Virus record (IMG/VR): IMGVR_UViG_3300012922_000002
DNA: 46,628 bases
DNA from: a virus
Direction: 5' to 3' (one strand)
This document shows positions 42,070 through 46,628 of the stretch, one piece after another (position 1 is the stretch's first letter; every line of letters starts with the position of its first letter). The translations under genes and the position numbers were made by a program. The notes beneath the pieces are model-generated. The model searched no databases, had not been told where the DNA came from, and was given only the letters and a program-made list of their open reading frames with translations.

Positions 42070-42204
42070 CTACGGTGTCTTTCCACTGCCGGGGCAACGT
42101 TCTTTAACTCGCTTAAACGATTTTGTCCGGAGCTTGATTTTATGGTCTACAAACCGACCATCCGCCGTCAACCGCTCAGTCTTACCACAAATACGACAGC
42201 GCAT
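42070..42204 (-). CDS. 44-aa zinc-ribbon protein
   Basis: MRCRICGKTERLTADGRFVDHKIKLRTKSFKRVKERCPGSGKTP: a CxxC pair plus CPGSG. Confidence 0.5.
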   Translation of the reverse strand: MRCRICGKTERLTADGRFVDHKIKLRTKSFKRVKERCPGSGKTP

Positions 42205-42218
42205 ATTAACCGCCAAAG

Positions 42219-42512
42219 CTAGTCATCCTCTCCGGATGCTTCGTTGTAGGCTGCTTCGTTCTTAGCGATCCGCTCCATAGCCTCTTCATACGCCACCATA
42301 CCTCGGCTATACGCCATCATAATAGCAGCGACAGGATCAGCAGCAGAGGCTTTGCACAGCTCAGCAGGGGGATCCTGAGACACAAGCGTAGCAGTATACC
42401 CGAGCTTGTCACCAACAGGAGTGATGACAAGAGCGAATAGTTCACCGGTCTTCTCGTTAAAGTCTTCCATCACGACTTTGAATTCAGAATCGCTCAGAGA
42501 GAAGTCGTCCAT
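42219..42512 (-). CDS. hypothetical acidic protein (97 aa)
   Basis: AAGGAGG RBS. ORF track. Confidence 0.75.
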   Translation of the reverse strand: MDDFSLSDSEFKVVMEDFNEKTGELFALVITPVGDKLGYTATLVSQDPPAELCKASAADPVAAIMMAYSRGMVAYEEAMERIAKNEAAYNEASGEDD

Positions 42513-42663
42513 CAGACCTCCTTACCGGGTATGTGTGGTGGTCCCACAATACAGCGACGTATCGGATGACTCCGTCAACCAAGGGCTCTACTGAGACCTT
42601 GTCATCTTCGTGGATTACTACTCCACAACAGGCGCAAGAACCCTGTCTGTGAGCGGCTGACAT
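42484..42663 (-). CDS. possible 59-aa Cys-containing protein
   Basis: ATG ORF MSAAHRQGSCACCGVVIHEDD... It overlaps both neighbouring ORFs. Confidence 0.35.
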   Translation of the reverse strand: MSAAHRQGSCACCGVVIHEDDKVSVEPLVDGVIRYVAVLWDHHTYPVRRSDGRLLSERF

Positions 42664-42755
42664 AGCATATTCGCCTCTTCTCGCTCTCGTGCGATCTCAG
42701 CAGTGATATCAGCCCAGGTGATTCCTCGGCCCATCCGGGGCAGGTTCTCAGTCAT
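42621..42755 (-). CDS. possible 44-aa protein
   Basis: ATG 8 nt after the upstream stop. Overlaps 42484..42663 by 43 nt. Confidence 0.35.
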
Positions 42756-42763
42756 GGTGTCGC

Positions 42764-43027
42764 CTAGCCTCTCTTCGAGCCCTGCGCTTGTTCCGGGCTA
42801 TCACGTAGATCCCGTGTACTAAGAAGTACAGGTACGGAAGTCTCAGCATGTGTCTCCCTAGTCAGCCACATAGCCATGAACCCGAGCCAGAGGAGCAGGC
42901 TCAACACACCCCAGATAGCTAGAGCAACCACGAGGTAAGCATGGCTGGCTTCGCCTACGAACACCAAAACCAACATCGAGAACGTTAGTGAGGCAGTGAA
43001 GAACACTCTCGCGAGTAAGTAAGTCAC
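42764..43027 (-). CDS. membrane protein (87 aa, 2-3 TM)
   Basis: GTGA overlap start (track start is 43057). Hydrophobic segments throughout. Confidence 0.65.
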   Translation of the reverse strand: MTYLLARVFFTASLTFSMLVLVFVGEASHAYLVVALAIWGVLSLLLWLGFMAMWLTRETHAETSVPVLLSTRDLRDSPEQAQGSKRG

Positions 43028-43263
43028 CTGGTCACTCTCCAGCCCCGGCCGATCCACTCCAGGTTGAAACGCTTGCCTTCGAAGTACTCAAGCGCCATGT
43101 CTTCAGCGGCCTGAACCAGGTTCAACGTCTGAAACCACTGGCCATCCACCGACTGCCAAGCTTCAGCGGAAGGCATCGAGTCGGTAGCCAGCGTCTGGCC
43201 CTGATCGTGAAACCACAGGTGAGTGGTGTCTCCGTGCTCCCGGACTGAAATCATCTTGGTCAT
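43024..43263 (-). CDS. hypothetical protein (79 aa)
   Basis: ORF track. Confidence 0.7.
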   Translation of the reverse strand: MTKMISVREHGDTTHLWFHDQGQTLATDSMPSAEAWQSVDGQWFQTLNLVQAAEDMALEYFEGKRFNLEWIGRGWRVTR

Positions 43264-43317
43264 ACCTGAACCATACGCTTTGGTGCTTCAACGAAGCAAG
43301 CCTACGTTATCATGTTG

Positions 43318-43479
43318 TTACTGTAGTCCTGAGTTCTTGCACCTAGGACACATACCAGTCTGGTGACAGTTTTGGCAAGTGCTTTGGCGAGGGAACTTAC
43401 CCATGCAGGCTGAGCATCGTTTCTTACCGTTACACGACGGACAAATCTTTACATGACCGTTACCAGGATATTTTGACAT
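43318..43479 (-). CDS. 53-aa DnaJ-type zinc-finger-like protein
   Basis: MSKYPGNGHVKICPSCNGKKRCSACMGKFPRQSTCQNCHQTGMCPRCKNSGLQ contains four CxxC units. AGGA RBS. Confidence 0.6.
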   Translation of the reverse strand: MSKYPGNGHVKICPSCNGKKRCSACMGKFPRQSTCQNCHQTGMCPRCKNSGLQ

Positions 43480-43526
43480 AAGGTCCTATGTTGTAAAGGT
43501 TCATTAGTGGACTAACTAAGCCTACC

Positions 43527-43712
43527 CTAATAAGTCCAGGTCTGAGGGTTGCAATCACAATCATCAGGACCTGCACAACCTGCGTTATGCACCTTGATCG
43601 TATCGCCCTCTTCAAGTTCATCTAGTGCAGCTCGGGTAGCTTCATCACGAGTCTCGTACTCACCAGAAGTCCACCAGCCATTGCTCCCGCGTACGTAAAC
43701 CGGAGTGTCCAT
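43527..43712 (-). CDS. hypothetical acidic protein (61 aa)
   Basis: ORF track. Confidence 0.65.
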   Translation of the reverse strand: MDTPVYVRGSNGWWTSGEYETRDEATRAALDELEEGDTIKVHNAGCAGPDDCDCNPQTWTY

Positions 43713-43765
43713 CCCTCATTGCCTCTCTAAGCCTCTAAACATCCCAGTTGGCACTCTGAGTCGAA

Positions 43766-44011
43766 CTAGGCGCCCACGTAAGCCTCAGCACAATCCGCAT
43801 ACCCAGCAATCGGCCCATCATGACCAGGCTGATGAGCGATACCACGCGAGTTGAGAACCAACCCGGATTCTTCGACAGTCAAGCACCGGAACGAGCGTCG
43901 GTGATGGTCGAAGTTGTTCACAGTCGAGAACGTGACATGACACGCCGAACAATGAGCATTTTTGAGCGCTCGTGCGCTCCAGGTGTTGGAGCACCCTCCA
44001 CAAGTAAGCAT
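43766..44011 (-). CDS. FDXHR-family putative zinc-binding protein (81 aa)
   Basis: CGGC...CSACHVTFSTVNNFDHHR motif. Confidence 0.75.
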   Translation of the reverse strand: MLTCGGCSNTWSARALKNAHCSACHVTFSTVNNFDHHRRSFRCLTVEESGLVLNSRGIAHQPGHDGPIAGYADCAEAYVGA

Positions 44012-44098
44012 AGCCTAACCTCTCCTAGGGGTTCTGGTCGGTCCACGGTCTTGCGATACCCAGCTCACCGTGATTGCCCACTCTCCCGACCAGAAGAC

Positions 44099-44641
44099 TT
44101 ACTGCTGAGCAGTCACCTGCAAAGCGATAGTCCCCACACTAACAGCCAAGGTTGCTTTGACTTCGATGTCCAGCCCAGTAGCTGTCTGAGTGCCCGAGAC
44201 CACAGACCAGGTTACTGCGCCTACGATCGTGGTAGAGCCTTGCGGGACCATAGCCACCGAGTACACAGCCGAGGGCATCGCAGTGTCCCAGGTGACTGTC
44301 AGGGTCTTCTTCTCGAACAACCCGAGAGCAGGGACCATCACAGTCTTGACCTGACGAGCTGGAATATACAAATCAGCTACGTTAGATGCCAAAGCGTAAA
44401 AGTCTCCGCTGGCGTTGATCGGCTGGTAAGTCGCTGCGAAAGCACTAGGCGAGATCACCTGCCCGGTGTGAGTCACCCAGTCCCCTTGGTTGATCACTAC
44501 GAAGTTATACAAGCTCAGGGTGGTGTCGCCGTTGTCGGTGAGGCCGTTCCCGATATTCAGAAAGTTGTAGATCTCGGTGAAGTTGGATCCTGTCCACTGA
44601 CGCAAGTCGATTGCGACTGGCCGGTTGATATACAATCCCAC
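44099..44641 (-). CDS. hypothetical protein, beta-rich C-terminal half (180 aa)
   Basis: GTG start. ORF track. Confidence 0.75.
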   Translation of the reverse strand: MGLYINRPVAIDLRQWTGSNFTEIYNFLNIGNGLTDNGDTTLSLYNFVVINQGDWVTHTGQVISPSAFAATYQPINASGDFYALASNVADLYIPARQVKTVMVPALGLFEKKTLTVTWDTAMPSAVYSVAMVPQGSTTIVGAVTWSVVSGTQTATGLDIEVKATLAVSVGTIALQVTAQQ

Positions 44642-44701
44642 TTAACTACTCCCCAGTAGTTTACTGTTCAGTTGTGCCCGGCTGATGCCGGTTCTAGGAG
44701 C

Positions 44702-44821
44702 GGTACCAGGGGAGCCGAACGTCACGACCGCCGCAAGGCGGGGTGCGCGAGCAAGCGGAAGCTTGCTCCGATCCCTCGGTGGAGAGGATCACCGATTCGT
44801 ATCCAGCTCTACCCTGGTACC
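44702..44821. ncRNA. closed multi-helix structured element (candidate ncRNA or cis-regulatory RNA; strand unresolved)
   Basis: A 14-bp closing helix (GGTACCAGGGGAGC / GCTC-TA-CCCTGGTACC) encloses three hairpins at 44728..44741, 44749..44768 and 44770..44790. Confidence 0.4.
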
Positions 44822-44908
44822 GGCTGAGTGGGTAGCCTGGCTACGCCAAACCGCGCTAGCCACGAAAACTACCCCCTACTCTAGTAGGGTGATCGTGACA
44901 AAAACACT

Positions 44909-44947
44909 GTGACCAGCAATGATTACTCTCGGGTGATGCTTGGTCAC
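44909..44947 (-). terminator. terminator-like helix with U5 tract downstream of the HTH gene
   Basis: GTGACCAGCA / TGCT(T)GGTCAC 10-bp helix. On the minus strand it is followed by AGUGUUUUU. An alternative helix at 44928..44952 competes with it. Confidence 0.45.
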
Positions 44948-45009
44948 CCGGGGCGGAATGTTCTTCTCACCGTACCTCAACTGATCCTTGCACCGATCCC
45001 CACCTGGTG

Positions 45010-45312
45010 TTATAACTTATAGTTGAACTTCAGTAACAGATCTAGTAGAAGAGCTTCGATCCTCTCAAGCCTGTCTTCTACAGACTCCGAGACGGAGTCT
45101 CGATACTGGAGATCGGATGGTTTGACCTGCAAATATGCACACAATCGATCTAACGTAGCACCGAGAAACGGTGCGCAGTGTCCTGCCTCCATAGCTTGCA
45201 ACGAATCAATCTTGATCTTAGTCTTTGCAGACAACTGAGCAAAGCTCAAGCTCAGATTCTCCCTAGCGACTTTCAGTCGCTCTCCATCAAAATTCTCCAA
45301 CGTTTGACTCAT
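45010..45312 (-). CDS. XRE-family helix-turn-helix transcriptional regulator (100 aa)
   Basis: LKVARENLSLSFAQLSAKTKIKIDSLQAMEAG is a classic XRE HTH. It is divergent from the early plus-strand genes. Confidence 0.8.
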   Translation of the reverse strand: MSQTLENFDGERLKVARENLSLSFAQLSAKTKIKIDSLQAMEAGHCAPFLGATLDRLCAYLQVKPSDLQYRDSVSESVEDRLERIEALLLDLLLKFNYKL

Positions 45313-45400
45313 GATTATTAATCTTCTCTCTTAAGCTGTCTTTTGGATACTTCGTATCCTTCTGAGATGAGTAAGAGTTGTAGTTGTTTTATTATTAATA

Positions 45401-45429
45401 ACACGCGTACGCGTGTACGTGTGCGCACG
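45401..45429. promoter_or_regulatory. palindromic alternating purine/pyrimidine tract (candidate operator)
   Basis: ACACGCGTACGCGTGT is a perfect 16-bp palindrome (45401..45416) and GTGCGCAC an 8-bp palindrome (45421..45428). All 29 nt alternate R/Y. Confidence 0.45.
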
Positions 45430-45502
45430 ACCCCTTGTCAGTAGACTATCAGAACCTGTTGTATGCTTCTGAACAAGCTTCTGAGCTGGCACTTCGTGCC
45501 TC

Positions 45503-45511
45503 TGATAGAAT
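45503..45511 (+). promoter_or_regulatory. extended -10 promoter element for the early plus-strand arm
   Basis: TGATAGAAT (TGn + TAGAAT). No good -35. Confidence 0.35.
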
Positions 45512-45620
45512 CTGGTATGTAGTGAAACGCTAGCTACTCGGTGAGAAATTCCCAGGCGGAGGAAACATCACCCGTTTGGGGGATACGAAGCGAGCTTCTC
45601 GACGTGGTAGAGTGCTCGGC

Positions 45621-45839
45621 ATGGACACCAACTGGATCGAGATCACGACCAATAAGTGTTGTGTGTGTAGCAACGCGACTACGCTCCGAGTTGAGCTGGA
45701 TAGCTACCGATCGTGGCTGATCGATGGCGAAATGGTGCAGGATGCCTTCCCTGCGATGTCCGCAGAGGAGCGAGAGTTGCTGATCACTGGCACGCACCCC
45801 GAGTGCTGGGATTCGATGTTCGGAGACGATGATGAGTAA
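45621..45839 (+). CDS. small Cys-motif protein (72 aa; alternative TTG start at 45576)
   Basis: NKCCVCSN...ELLITGTHPECWDSMF is a motif pair common in actinophage early proteins. Confidence 0.7.
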   Translation: MDTNWIEITTNKCCVCSNATTLRVELDSYRSWLIDGEMVQDAFPAMSAEERELLITGTHPECWDSMFGDDDE

Positions 45840-45985
45840 GCTTTCAGAGGCCCGGGATGCCTACGAAGCAGAGGTAGAATCCCACGAAGAAACTCTACGA
45901 GATCTCGTGCCATAGTGACTCTCTGCTGTTTTGTTTACACCCTGTGTGCGAGACCCTGCGGAATCTAGAAGGGACGTATTAGGTT

Positions 45986-46168
45986 ATGGACACGAATTTG
46001 TACCAGATTACGTACCAGGTCCCGGGGCAGGCTGAGCTACACGACTGGGAGACCAGGGCCGAGTCTGCTCGGGACGCTGTACACGATCTCAGGGCATATC
46101 ATGAGACCTACGCTGACGTGATCGTGGTGTATCGGAAGATCAACATAGACCGAGAGTTTTGGGGTTGA
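45986..46168 (+). CDS. hypothetical protein (60 aa)
   Basis: ORF track. Confidence 0.65.
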   Translation: MDTNLYQITYQVPGQAELHDWETRAESARDAVHDLRAYHETYADVIVVYRKINIDREFWG

Positions 46169-46176
46169 TAATACTC

Positions 46177-46338
46177 ATGGGTAAGTTCAGCAGGGAGTAT
46201 CCTGATCACTGGGAGCTACGGAAAGTACAGGACTTCGTAGCCGACTGTAAGCGTGAAGGCAGGATTCCGAGCTACGCAGTGATCAAGTCCAAGCGAATCT
46301 ATCGCAAAAAGGTTGTGCGGTTGACCTGGCGGTGGTAG
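46177..46338 (+). CDS. hypothetical basic small protein (53 aa)
   Basis: ATG ORF MGKFSREYPDHWELRKVQDFVADCKREGRIPSY..., below the track cutoff. Confidence 0.55.
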   Translation: MGKFSREYPDHWELRKVQDFVADCKREGRIPSYAVIKSKRIYRKKVVRLTWRW

Positions 46339-46347
46339 CGTTGTCGT

Positions 46348-46628
46348 ATGACAACAACCGAGCAGTACACCGGCTGGCTCTCTAGCGCAGGCATCATCCG
46401 CAACGGTGGCCTCAAAGCCCCTGGTCAGGAGCACCTTGCGGCTGTCACCGGGACTCACAAAGCCAAGCTTGGTCAGGTCAAGAAAGACACCTCGTTCACC
46501 TCGGCGATCCCTGCTCCGGTTCAGGCTCGTCAGGTCACGGAGAAGACCATCACCCGCGATCGCCCGCTTGGTCCGGGTTACTTCCAGTTCGGCGAGACTG
46601 TGGCCAAGGTCCAGATCTCCAAGTCATC
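46348..46628 (+). CDS. 5' part of DUF6011-like gene (continues at 124 after the repeat)
   Basis: ATG 46348. The frame stays open to the window end and matches frame 2 at the window start. Confidence 0.7.
   Translation, partial: MTTTEQYTGWLSSAGIIRNGGLKAPGQEHLAAVTGTHKAKLGQVKKDTSFTSAIPAPVQARQVTEKTITRDRPLGPGYFQFGETVAKVQISKS
46506..46628. repeat. Terminal direct repeat, copy 2
   Basis: Identical to 1..123. Confidence 0.95.

Noticed and set aside
43820-44659. 279-aa plus-strand ORF, the longest unassigned ORF in the track.
   Set aside because: It is entirely antisense to two well-formed minus-strand genes. Its Arg/Ser/Pro/His-rich composition is typical of a shadow frame. It has no RBS and no motif.
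44676-44700. CTGATG motif in a small hairpin reminiscent of a hammerhead core.
   Set aside because: It reads CUGAUGC rather than CUGAUGA. There is no matching GAAA element and no three-stem junction around it.
44685-44912. 75-aa plus-strand ORF inside the structured gap.
   Set aside because: It has no RBS and an Ala/Arg/Ser/Gly-rich low-complexity translation. The sequence is better explained by nested helices.
45832-45915. 27-aa ORF overlapping the stop of 45621..45839.
   Set aside because: It is too short and featureless to support.
1-46628. Looked for CRISPR arrays, integrase/recombinase, transposase, reverse transcriptase (retron/DGR), partition genes and toxin-antitoxin pairs.
   Set aside because: No spaced direct-repeat array was seen, and no ORF carries the corresponding catalytic motifs. 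The XRE regulator alone is not evidence of lysogeny.

Overview
The window is a complete, closed genome of a tailed (siphovirus-type) phage. Its gene families look actinobacteriophage-like. The last 123 nt (46506..46628) repeat the first 123 nt exactly, so the unit length is 46505 bp, and the junction falls inside a gene.

The genome has two opposed arms.

1. Plus-strand early/replication arm (about 45576, across the junction, to 19539). It is very tightly packed, with at least 20 four-nucleotide start/stop overlaps (ATGA, GTGA, TTGA). It encodes a MazG-like pyrophosphohydrolase, a Cas4-like exonuclease, a Prim-Pol/RepA-like ATPase, endonuclease VII, a SLOG/DUF2493 protein, a DnaQ-like exonuclease, an RNA ligase, an HNH-AP2 homing endonuclease, a family A DNA polymerase and a HAD phosphatase. 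It also carries many genes under 60 aa that the ORF track misses.

2. Minus-strand arm (45312 down to 19596). In order it holds an XRE-type HTH regulator, a 368-bp highly structured non-coding gap, small zinc-binding proteins, tRNA-Trp(CCA) and a TerS-like protein. Three counter-oriented plus-strand genes interrupt it next. It then continues with TerL, portal, MuF-like protein, protease/scaffold, major capsid, connectors, major tail, chaperones, tape measure, tail proteins and the lysis cassette.

No integrase, CRISPR array, reverse transcriptase or transposase was seen.

The best candidates for something undescribed are non-coding:
- a 48-nt twin-hairpin element present twice in the early arm, with one copy just upstream of the strongest terminator;
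- a 120-nt closed multi-helix domain, plus mutually exclusive helices with U-tracts, at the head of the late arm;
- a divergent control region containing a 29-nt perfect alternating purine/pyrimidine palindromic tract;
- the counter-oriented three-gene island, which has a consensus -35 promoter for a probably leaderless mRNA and lies between the TerS-like gene and TerL.

All functional calls rest on motifs read by eye. No database search was run.
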